A stretch of DNA of 22,756 nt from positions 1 through 22,756 of the forward strand of contig JBEPYC010000019.1 in assembly GCA_041641555.1 (NCBI GenBank). Direction: 5' to 3'. The notes below the pieces were generated by a model. The model did not search any database. It worked only from the letters and a program-made list of their open reading frames with translations, and was not told where the DNA came from. Source of the stretch: Chitinivibrionales bacterium (GTDB taxonomy: Bacteria; Fibrobacterota; Chitinivibrionia; Chitinivibrionales; WJKA01). This document shows, in pieces, positions 1 through 7,846 of the stretch; positions within the stretch are counted from its first letter, which is position 1; every line of letters begins with the position of its first letter. The translations under genes and the position numbers were made by a program.

Positions 1-122
1 GGGAGTCGGGTATAAAGGAGATGCGCCGAATAAAGCGAATATTCGATCCCGAAGAGCTTCTGAATCCGGGGAATCTATTCGGTATCACGACACCTCGCCC
101 GAAAAAGGTCACGGTGGAATGA
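1..122 (+). CDS. 3' end of a FAD-linked oxidase (GlcD / D-lactate dehydrogenase-like C-terminal domain); partial, truncated by the window start
   Basis: Frame 3 translates without stops to ...ESGIKEMRRIKRIFDPEELLNPGNLFGITTPRPKKVTVE*. This resembles the conserved C-terminal (K/R)xIFDPxxLLNPGK tail of FAD-binding oxidases. The TGA stop at 120..122 overlaps the ATG at 119 as ATGA, which suggests operon coupling with the downstream dehydrogenase. Confidence 0.45.
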   Translation, partial: ESGIKEMRRIKRIFDPEELLNPGNLFGITTPRPKKVTVE

Positions 123-1156
123 AAGCCATGGTTCTTACCGGCATCGACCAAATCGAACCGGTCGACCGCCCGACACCCGTTGTTCAGAATCCCCAGGATG
201 TTCTCATCCGGATGACTCATGTGGGTGTCTGTGGATCCGATGTGCACTATCTCGAAACCGGACGCATCGGAGAAAAAGTCGTCGAATATCCCTTTGCTGT
301 GGGGCACGAAGGTGCCGGCGTGGTGGAAGCCACGGGAGAGAAGGTCACGAGCACGAAAAAAGGCGACCGCATCGCCTTTGATCCAGCAATGCCGTGCTAC
401 ACTTGTGATCAGTGCTCGGTGGGGCGATATCATACCTGCCGCAATCTGCGGTTTCTCGGATGTCCGGGGCAGGCCGAAGGCTGCCTTGCGGAATATATCG
501 TTATGCCCCAGACAAGCTGCTTTCCGCTCCCGGCCAATCTCACACTCGAACAAGGTGCACTGGCAGAGCCTCTGTCGGTTGGAGTGTATGCCGCCACCCT
601 GGCGGGAGACCTCAAAGACAAAGATATCGGCATTCTGGGATCCGGCCCTATCGGGCTATCGGTCCTTGCTGCCGCAAAAGCATCTGGCGCCGGATTCGCC
701 TGCGTAACCGACAAAATCGACAGCCGACTTCGGCTCAGTTCACGCATGGGCGCTGAACTGACCGCCAATGCAGAAACCGGCAATGTTTCGGATGCCCTTT
801 TCCGGGAGAAGCATCTGGGACTGGACACTGTTTTTGAATGCTGCGGAGAGCAGGATGCTCTCGACCAGGCAGTCGAATTGCTCAAGCCAGGGGGCACTCT
901 GGTCATTATTGGCATTCCGCGTGCAGACCGCATAAGCTTCAATCCCAGCCACATGCGCCAGAAAGAAATCCGCGTACAGAATGTGCGACGACAGCTTGAC
1001 TGCGTGCAGCCGGCCCTCGACCTTCTTTCCACCTCCAGGCTCGACCTCGATCCGATGGTGACTCACCGTTTTCCCTTCGACCGCACCGCCGATGCCTTTG
1101 CTCTGGTTGCCGGGTACTCAGATGGAGTGGTCAAGGCAATGGTGGAATTCCCCTGA
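119..1156 (+). CDS. Zn-dependent medium-chain alcohol/polyol dehydrogenase (sorbitol / L-threonine 3-dehydrogenase-like MDR family)
   Basis: 345-aa ORF. The catalytic-zinc motif GVCGSDVHY and the GHEGAG motif are present. The structural-zinc Cys cluster is CYTCDQCSVGRYHTC. A Rossmann GxGxxG motif (ILGSGPIGL) lies mid-protein. The start is an ATG preceded by ggtgga. Confidence 0.9.
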   Translation: MKAMVLTGIDQIEPVDRPTPVVQNPQDVLIRMTHVGVCGSDVHYLETGRIGEKVVEYPFAVGHEGAGVVEATGEKVTSTKKGDRIAFDPAMPCYTCDQCSVGRYHTCRNLRFLGCPGQAEGCLAEYIVMPQTSCFPLPANLTLEQGALAEPLSVGVYAATLAGDLKDKDIGILGSGPIGLSVLAAAKASGAGFACVTDKIDSRLRLSSRMGAELTANAETGNVSDALFREKHLGLDTVFECCGEQDALDQAVELLKPGGTLVIIGIPRADRISFNPSHMRQKEIRVQNVRRQLDCVQPALDLLSTSRLDLDPMVTHRFPFDRTADAFALVAGYSDGVVKAMVEFP

Positions 1157-1198
1157 GCTGACCAACTTCCGATCGCCGAAGAACACTATTGGATCGGG

Positions 1199-3382
1199 TT
1201 GCTTATACAAACGGCTGCAGCGAAAACCATTCCGTATCTTATATTTCTTTCATGCAAATGCCAGATTAGGCCCTCTTCGCTTTGGCAAAAACGACCCTCC
1301 GAAAGGAACGATGGCGTGTCAAAAAATGTCCTCCCATATACCGAGCCTACCAATACATCACGAATTTCTCTTTTTTCGCTGGTCCTCGTGCTCCTGGTAT
1401 GTCCTGCGCTTTTTGCCGGGATTCGCCTGCCCTCACTGATCTCCGATGGCCTTGTCCTTCAGCAGAAAACAGAGGTAAGGGTATGGGGATGGGCCGACAC
1501 GGAGGAAACTATAACCGTCAGTGTCGCCGGGCAGAAGCATCAGGCGGAGGTAAAGGATTCGACCTGGGAAATCACTCTTCACCCGGTCGACGCGGGAGGT
1601 CCTCACGACCTGACCATTTATGGAGGCGACACTCTCACCGTGGCCGATGTCTATTTTGGCGAAGTCTGGTTATGCAGCGGCCAATCGAACATGGGGATGC
1701 GGATTAAGAATCTCAAAGAAGAAGACCAGGAAACAGAGATTGCCCAGGCCAACGATTCACTTCTTCGAATGATAACCGTAAAACAAACCTCCCTGCATGA
1801 ACCTGCCCTCGATTTCGTGACTTCCGGATGGAAGCTTTCGGTCTCCGATACGATCGAAAAATTCTCCGCCGCCGCTTACTTCTTTGGCAAAAAACTGCGA
1901 AAAGAACTGGGTGTCCCGGTTGGCCTGATCGTTTCAGCATGGCCCGGCACCCAGGCCGAAGCCTGGATACCGGATGAAGCCTTGAATTCCTGGGAAAAAT
2001 CAGTCTATTCCACGGATGAGCTAAAGAAAATCAACTCCGAGAAAAGTGCCCGACGTATTCGGTTCCGCACGCAACTGGAGGCATGGGAAAAGGCCGGCAA
2101 ACACAGCGGTCCCTTCAATGACCCAGGTATTCCGGACAGTTGCCGGAAGTGGATATTTCCTTCGGATGATCTTTCCAGCTGGAAAGAAAAGCAGGTACCC
2201 GGGGTCGTAGATACCATGGTAGAAAACATTGAGATCGACGCAGGCGTGTGGTTTCGGAGAACGGTTGACATTCCCGGGGAATGGAACGGTCGTGATCTCA
2301 CTCTCTCCCTTGGCCGGGTAGACGATTTCGACACGACCTGGTTCAACGGAGAAAAAATCGGGTATACGGGAAAAGAAACAGAAAACGCATGGAAAACACC
2401 TCGGGTCTACAAGATTCCCGGCAAACTGGTGAAACAAGGTAGTAACTCACTGGTCGTCCGCGTATGGGATCATTTCGGAGGAGGTGGTTTTTACAGCACC
2501 CCCGATTCGATATGGATTGGCCCGGAAGAACAATCCCGACAGGCATCCATACCCCTTGCGGGTACCTGGCATGTGCAAATTGAGCAGTATCGGCCAAGGA
2601 AGCCTATTGAGCGTATCGATGACCCTGATTTTCACTCGAGCCTGTACAATGGAATGATCGCACCCCTGAAACCGTTCACCTTCACCGGCGTGATCTGGTA
2701 TCAGGGCGAAGCAAACGCCAAACGGAATCCCGAGCACTACGAAACACTCCTTCCTACCCTCATTTCGTCGTGGCGAAGCGAGTTAGACAACGGAACGTTT
2801 CCTTTCTATGTAGTACAGCTGGTGAACTACCGGGAAATCGCATTACAGCCCATGGAGTCGAGCTGGGCACTCGTCCGAGAGGCTCAGGACAAAGTGTCCC
2901 GTTCCCTGAAGAATGTTTTCACCACGACCAATATCGATATTGGCGAAGCAGATGACATTCACCCGAAAAACAAGATGGACATCGGTCACCGTCTCGCACT
3001 TGCGGCTCTCGCTCAAACATACGAAAAGAAACTCGTCTACAGCGGTCCTGTGTTTCGGTCCATACAAAAGAAACGATCCACCTTCCGGATCCGTTTCGAT
3101 CATGTCGGCTCAGGCCTCACCACTCGTGGCGATGAGCCGGTGAGCGGATTTGCCGTAGCAGGGCCCGATGGCGATTTCGCCTGGGCAGCGGCAAAAATAG
3201 TGGGGAAAAATATCGTTGAAATCGAGCCACCTGAAAGCATCGACAACCCGACCTTCATTCGATATGCCTGGGCTGATAACCCCTCATGCAACCTGTTCAA
3301 CAAAGAGGGGCTTCCCGCGCGACCATTCAGGACCGACAGGCTCTCTTTTGGCGAAGCCGGTGTACATACTGCCCGGAAATAA
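1199..3382 (+). CDS. Sialate (9-O-acetyl) O-acetylesterase-family SGNH hydrolase with a signal peptide and an inserted GH2-like sugar-binding beta-sandwich
   Basis: 727-aa ORF. The N-terminal region is ...LVLVLLVCPALFAG IRLPSLISDGLVLQQ...GEVWLCSGQSNMGM, the classic N-terminus and GQSNM motif of DUF303 sialate O-acetylesterases. The central segment WFRRTVDIPGEWNGRDLTLSLGRVDDFDTTWFNGEKIG resembles a GH2-type sugar-binding domain. The annotated start at 1199 is TTG and there is no in-frame ATG before the signal peptide. The real start is more likely the GTG near 1316, which gives MSKNVLPYTEPTNTSRISLFSLVLVLLVCPALFAG. Confidence 0.85.
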   Translation: MLIQTAAAKTIPYLIFLSCKCQIRPSSLWQKRPSERNDGVSKNVLPYTEPTNTSRISLFSLVLVLLVCPALFAGIRLPSLISDGLVLQQKTEVRVWGWADTEETITVSVAGQKHQAEVKDSTWEITLHPVDAGGPHDLTIYGGDTLTVADVYFGEVWLCSGQSNMGMRIKNLKEEDQETEIAQANDSLLRMITVKQTSLHEPALDFVTSGWKLSVSDTIEKFSAAAYFFGKKLRKELGVPVGLIVSAWPGTQAEAWIPDEALNSWEKSVYSTDELKKINSEKSARRIRFRTQLEAWEKAGKHSGPFNDPGIPDSCRKWIFPSDDLSSWKEKQVPGVVDTMVENIEIDAGVWFRRTVDIPGEWNGRDLTLSLGRVDDFDTTWFNGEKIGYTGKETENAWKTPRVYKIPGKLVKQGSNSLVVRVWDHFGGGGFYSTPDSIWIGPEEQSRQASIPLAGTWHVQIEQYRPRKPIERIDDPDFHSSLYNGMIAPLKPFTFTGVIWYQGEANAKRNPEHYETLLPTLISSWRSELDNGTFPFYVVQLVNYREIALQPMESSWALVREAQDKVSRSLKNVFTTTNIDIGEADDIHPKNKMDIGHRLALAALAQTYEKKLVYSGPVFRSIQKKRSTFRIRFDHVGSGLTTRGDEPVSGFAVAGPDGDFAWAAAKIVGKNIVEIEPPESIDNPTFIRYAWADNPSCNLFNKEGLPARPFRTDRLSFGEAGVHTARK

Positions 3383-3410
3383 GTGGTAGCAGGATGTCGT
3401 CTGCTCTGCA

Positions 3411-3456
3411 TAAAAAAAGGTGGCAAAGGATTGAGTTCCTTGCCACCTTTTTTTTA
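3411..3456. terminator. Bidirectional Rho-independent terminator between convergent genes
   Basis: The sequence is aaaaaaa-GGTGGCAAAGGA-ttgagttc-CTTGCCACC-tttttttt. This is a GC-rich stem of about 10 bp flanked by an A-run on one side and a T-run on the other. It lies between the esterase stop at 3382 and the minus-strand stop at 3494. Confidence 0.6.
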
Positions 3457-3493
3457 AGAGGTGCTCTGGATCTGGCCAACGAGTTTAAAAGTA

Positions 3494-5365
3494 TCACTCT
3501 TTCTCAGGCGATCTGCCACTCCAGGAGATTATATAGGTGTCTTCTTCACGCTTGGTCTTGACCTCAAATCCTGAATTGTAGAACACCGAGAGCATTCCCT
3601 GATTCTTTGCAAGTACATTGGCCTCGAAACCGGAGACATCGCGTGCCTTTCCTGCCTTGACGAGCAGATCGAGAAGATAGGAGCCAATTTTTCTGGACTG
3701 CCAATCATCACGTACCAGAAAAGAGACCTCGGCTTTGTTATTGGTTTCGTTGAGATAGTACCTTCCAACACCGACAATGTGCTCTCCACCGGTCTCCTGA
3801 GTCACCGCAACAATCGCCATGTCTTTGCTGTAATCGACATTGGTGAACTCCTGGATGAAACGATGGGGAAACGCCTTGATTGGCTTGAAAAACCGGAATG
3901 CGATCGATCGCTCCGAACACATGTAAAGCATGTCTCGAAGCATCTTTTCGTCGGTGGGTTTCATCGGCCGAAAGAGTATTTCGGTACCATCGGGCAACGG
4001 TGCCCGTGTCTCGACATTCTTGGGGTATTTACTCGATTTCGGAGGCAGTACTTTCTGGTCCGCAAAAATATAGTTGCGCTTTTTGGCCTCTTTGAGGATT
4101 TCTCCTCTGAAATCCGGATGGGCGATTTCTGCCAGGGCAATGACCCGCTCCCGAATCGACTTGCCAAAGAGATAGGCGACCCCATATTCGGTGACCACAT
4201 AATGCACATCTCCCCGCGTAGTCACCACGCCGGCACCTTCAGTCAGCGTAGGGACGATCCGTGAAATGGAACCACCCTTGGCGGTCGAAGGAAGCGCGAT
4301 GATCGGCTTGCCTTCACGGGCCCGTGCTGCACCTCGGTTGAAATCGACCTGCCCCCCGATGCCGCTGTAAAAATCATACCCGATCGAATCCGAACACACC
4401 TGGCCGGTCATATCGACTTCTAAAGCAGTATTGATTGCAACCATACGGTTATGCTGACTGATCACAAACGGATCGTTCACGTATTCCGATGGCCGAAATT
4501 CAAACATCTGGTTCTCATGAAGGTATTCGTAGAGACGGTGGGTGCCGTAACAAAAACTGGCGGTAACCTTTCCACGGTTGATCGTTTTCTTCCGCCCGTT
4601 GATTACCCCCTTTTCGATCAAGGGGATGATCGCGTCGTTGAACATCTCTGTGTGAATGCCGATATCGTTTTTGTCGGCCAGATACTTCAGGACGGCTTGC
4701 GGAATGTTCCCGATTCCGACCTCCACAGTCGACCCGTCTTCAACCAATCCCGCTACATTCTGGGCAATTGCTTCGACCGTTTCATCGGGCTCTGGCACCG
4801 TAAACTCGACAATGTCCCGCTTGGTTTCGACGATAGCATCGATCATGTCGACCGGTATCACCGCATCTCCGAGTGTACGGGGCATATTCTCGTTTACCTC
4901 GGCGATGATCATCAGGCTGTTTTCGGCCGCGGATTTGACGATATCCACAGATATGCCCAGACTCAGATATCCGTTTTTGTCCGGGGGACTCGTCTGCACC
5001 AGGGCTACATCCAGCGGCACCTTCCCGGTCTTGAAAAGCTTCGGGATCTCGGAAAGGAAAATGGGGGTATAGTCGCCCCGCCCCTGCACGATTCCTTCGC
5101 GTACATTGGCTGCGAGAAAAAAGCTGAAGGTGCGGAATTTTTTGCTGTGTTCCTCATTAATGTAAGGAGCTATTCCCTGTGTCAGCAGGTGGTAGATCTC
5201 GGCATCGACAATTTCGTTGTTTCCGCTCACCAGTTCATCGACCAGAGTTTGCGGAACTCCACACCCGGTACCGATAAAAATGCGCGGTCCGCCGGGCTTG
5301 ATCGACCGAATGGCCTCAGTCGCCGATTTCACTTTACTTTTATAGAGTTCTTCCCATGAAGCCAT
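3494..5365 (-). CDS. Acetyl-CoA hydrolase/transferase-family (4-hydroxybutyrate/succinyl-CoA:acetate CoA-transferase-like) domain fused to a C-terminal Pat-type GNAT acetyltransferase domain
   Basis: 623 aa with an ATG start. The N-terminal ~430 aa (MASWEELYKSKVKSATEAIRSIKPGGPRIFIGTGCGVPQTLVDEL...) is typical of the AcetylCoA_hydro/transferase family. The C-terminal ~170 aa, encoded at the low-coordinate end (about 3494..4010), has GNAT features: ...RSIAFRFF..., ...MAIVAV..., ...AEVSFLVRDDWQSRKIG..., ...NVLAKNQGM.... These resemble the GNAT domain of protein acetyltransferase Pat. The gene lies 4 bp downstream of the ACD gene on the same strand. Confidence 0.85.
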   Translation of the reverse strand: MASWEELYKSKVKSATEAIRSIKPGGPRIFIGTGCGVPQTLVDELVSGNNEIVDAEIYHLLTQGIAPYINEEHSKKFRTFSFFLAANVREGIVQGRGDYTPIFLSEIPKLFKTGKVPLDVALVQTSPPDKNGYLSLGISVDIVKSAAENSLMIIAEVNENMPRTLGDAVIPVDMIDAIVETKRDIVEFTVPEPDETVEAIAQNVAGLVEDGSTVEVGIGNIPQAVLKYLADKNDIGIHTEMFNDAIIPLIEKGVINGRKKTINRGKVTASFCYGTHRLYEYLHENQMFEFRPSEYVNDPFVISQHNRMVAINTALEVDMTGQVCSDSIGYDFYSGIGGQVDFNRGAARAREGKPIIALPSTAKGGSISRIVPTLTEGAGVVTTRGDVHYVVTEYGVAYLFGKSIRERVIALAEIAHPDFRGEILKEAKKRNYIFADQKVLPPKSSKYPKNVETRAPLPDGTEILFRPMKPTDEKMLRDMLYMCSERSIAFRFFKPIKAFPHRFIQEFTNVDYSKDMAIVAVTQETGGEHIVGVGRYYLNETNNKAEVSFLVRDDWQSRKIGSYLLDLLVKAGKARDVSGFEANVLAKNQGMLSVFYNSGFEVKTKREEDTYIISWSGRSPEKE

Positions 5366-5368
5366 AGT

Positions 5369-7528
5369 TTAGGCCTTCCCTTTCGAGATAATAATGCGGG
5401 CATCAACAACAAATGCACCGTCGCCTTCGTATCCGACTTTGAGTGGATTGATATCGATCTCGTCGATTTCCGGAAAATCAAGTGATAGCTGCGACATTCG
5501 CATGAGATTATCGACGATGGCACCGATATCGACTCCTCGCTGTCCCCGCGCTCCAGTCAGTAACTTATACGACTTGGTACGGCGAATCATGCTCATACAT
5601 TCTTCCTCGGTAACCGGGGCGAGCGAGAATGTTACGTCTTTGAGCACCTCCACAAAAATGCCTCCCAGACCAAACATAAGCATTGGCCCGAACTGCGGAT
5701 CCTTTTTCATCCCCAGGATAACCTCTTTGCCTCCGCCAACCATCTTCTCGATGAGCACTCCACGCAATTCCGCATCGGGCTTCTTTCGTTTTACTCGAAG
5801 CATCATAAGTTCAAAGGCATCCTCGACAGCAGAGCGCTTCTCCAGACCAATCCGCACTCCACCCACATCGGATTTGTGAAGAATGTCCGGACTCGAGATT
5901 TTCATGGCAAGGGGGTAGCCAAGTTGCTCGCCGGCCTGTGCGGCGGTTTCAACCGATGTTGCAACCATGGCCGGGGGAAGCACAAAGTTGTAAGCACTCA
6001 TGATTGTCTTGGCATCGATTTCGCCAATCTCGTGCATACCCCGACTGCGGTAGGCCTTGATAATTTTTGTCACCGGATTCTTGTTCACCGCGAAACGCTC
6101 GACTGCCCGCCGCGGTCGCGAGCGATAATCGGCGTACTTGACCATTTCGAACATCGACTTGGCAGCTCGATCGGGTATGGGGTATTGAGGGATATTGTTT
6201 TCCTGAAGAACCTCGACGCCTTCAGCGACGGCATCGGCGCCCATAAAACAGGCAAGGATTGGTTTCTCCGAGGTCGAACTCAGCTCGACAATCGCCTCGG
6301 CAGTCTCTTTTGTCTCGGTCATCTTCTGCGGTGTCAAAATCACGATCACCCCATCGACTCCCTCATCCTGAAGCGCCAATTCAATGGCGGCCTTGTAACG
6401 ATCCCTCCCCGCATCGCCCAGAACATCCACCGGATTGCTCCATGATGCAGCCGGGGGTAGCACTGCAGAAAGCTTTTCGGCAGTTGTGTCGGCGAGTGCA
6501 GCCACTTTCAGGCCGGCCATCTCCAAAGCATCGGACATCATGATTCCGGGGCCGCCGGCATTGGTGATAACCGCTATCCGGTTACCTTTGGGCACCGGTT
6601 GATACGACAATGCGGTCGAAATGTCGAACAGATGTTCGATCGATTGCGCGCGAATCACGCCCGAGCGCTGAAATGCAGATTCATAGGCTGCATCGGCTCC
6701 CGCCAGACTACCGGTATGCGACGAAGCCGCACGGGCACCGGCGCTTGTTCGACCTGATTTGAGTATAACCACCGGCTTGCTTCTGGAAACCTCTTCGGCG
6801 GTACGCATGAAATCCTGCCCGTTGGAAATATCTTCGAGATAGGCAGCTATTACCCTGGTATGCGGATCCTTGTGAAGCACTTTCAGAAAGTCGACCTCAT
6901 CGACAGCTGCCTTGTTTCCTACCGAAGCCACCACCGAGAACCCGAGGTGAATCGAGCGAGCCCAGTCCTGCATTGCAGTGATCAATGCCCCGGACTGGGA
7001 GACGATTGCCACTCCTCCAGGGTGCCCCAGCTGCTGTCCGAATGCAGCATTGAGTTTTGACCATGGATTGAGAAGCCCCAGGCAATTCGGTCCGAGAACG
7101 GTTATCCGCTTCTGCCGCGCAAGCTGGATAATTTCCTTTTGAAGCCGTTTTCCGGTTTCATCACTCTCTCCAAAACCAGCGGTGATTATGATTGCAGCTT
7201 TTACACCCTTTTCGGCGCTCTGCTGAAGAGTTTTGAGGACGGCTTCGCGCTTGATCACCAGCACAACCAAATCGAGCTGCCCCGGGATATCCGAAACCGA
7301 TTTGTAGCAAGTCAACCCGAGAATCTTGTCTTCTTTCGGATTGACCGGATAGATGTCTCCCTCGAAACCCCCATCGATAATATTGGCAAGTATTGAATTG
7401 CCGACTTTTATGGGATTTGCTGAAGCGCCGACGACGGCAACAGAGTGGGGAGATAGTAGTTTCTCGAAGCTCATAAACGATTCCCCGATCACAGAAAGAG
7501 TGGCGGAATGAAACTCAGAAAAATACAT
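5369..7528 (-). CDS. ADP-forming acyl-CoA synthetase (acetate--CoA ligase [ADP-forming], fused alpha/beta; NDP-forming ACD family)
   Basis: 719 aa. The N-terminal CoA-binding Rossmann region is ...LLSPHSVAVVGASANPIKVGN.... The phosphohistidine-loop-like motif SSHTGSLAG is present. The C-terminal half resembles an ATP-grasp domain. The first ATG is at 7528, but the conserved N-terminus MSFEKLLSPHSVAVVGAS suggests the true start may be the ATG at 7474. Confidence 0.9.
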   Translation of the reverse strand: MYFSEFHSATLSVIGESFMSFEKLLSPHSVAVVGASANPIKVGNSILANIIDGGFEGDIYPVNPKEDKILGLTCYKSVSDIPGQLDLVVLVIKREAVLKTLQQSAEKGVKAAIIITAGFGESDETGKRLQKEIIQLARQKRITVLGPNCLGLLNPWSKLNAAFGQQLGHPGGVAIVSQSGALITAMQDWARSIHLGFSVVASVGNKAAVDEVDFLKVLHKDPHTRVIAAYLEDISNGQDFMRTAEEVSRSKPVVILKSGRTSAGARAASSHTGSLAGADAAYESAFQRSGVIRAQSIEHLFDISTALSYQPVPKGNRIAVITNAGGPGIMMSDALEMAGLKVAALADTTAEKLSAVLPPAASWSNPVDVLGDAGRDRYKAAIELALQDEGVDGVIVILTPQKMTETKETAEAIVELSSTSEKPILACFMGADAVAEGVEVLQENNIPQYPIPDRAAKSMFEMVKYADYRSRPRRAVERFAVNKNPVTKIIKAYRSRGMHEIGEIDAKTIMSAYNFVLPPAMVATSVETAAQAGEQLGYPLAMKISSPDILHKSDVGGVRIGLEKRSAVEDAFELMMLRVKRKKPDAELRGVLIEKMVGGGKEVILGMKKDPQFGPMLMFGLGGIFVEVLKDVTFSLAPVTEEECMSMIRRTKSYKLLTGARGQRGVDIGAIVDNLMRMSQLSLDFPEIDEIDINPLKVGYEGDGAFVVDARIIISKGKA

Positions 7529-7846
7529 TCATGGAACCGAGACCGCAGGTGCTTCTTATTCATGCAACAGGCGTGCCCCATCAGGTGCGACGAATAACCA
7601 TGCCGATTGCTGCCTGCATCGGGACCGTTTCAATCCCAGGAAGCTCCGCTGAAAGCGGCATGTGCGGTGCCTAGCCCGGCGCCGATCCAGGCACGTTCCC
7701 CCCGGCCTCTTGCCGGCCGGACCAGCCCTTGGACCACGGTACTACAGCGCCACTGCCGCCTCTGGACTGATCGATCCGAGGGAAATACAGGGTCAGATCT
7801 CAGCTCCACTGCCATGACAAAGAGGAACTCTTGACCGCAGAGATCG

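Noticed and set aside
219-1066. ORFs 219..707 (+), 412..756 (+), 430..1032 (-) and 740..1066 (-) inside the dehydrogenase gene
   Set aside because: These are alternative-frame or antisense ORFs in a GC-rich gene. Their products are Arg/Pro/Ser-rich with no motifs, and the in-frame dehydrogenase has unmistakable MDR signatures.
3779-5359. ORFs 3779..4264 (+) and 4451..5359 (+), antisense to the CoA-transferase/GNAT gene
   Set aside because: They lie fully inside a strongly supported minus-strand CDS. They have no recognisable domains and their composition is typical of antisense frames.
7745-7815. TPP-riboswitch-like words (CUGAGA, ACCC, CUGAUC, AGGGA) in the structured intergenic region
   Set aside because: The words occur in the wrong relative order and orientation on either strand to form a thi-box, so this is most likely a coincidence of GC-rich palindromic sequence. 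I also found no tRNA T-loop (GGTTCGAAT), tmRNA, RNase P (GGAAAGUCCGG) or SRP (GGAAGCAGC) signatures.
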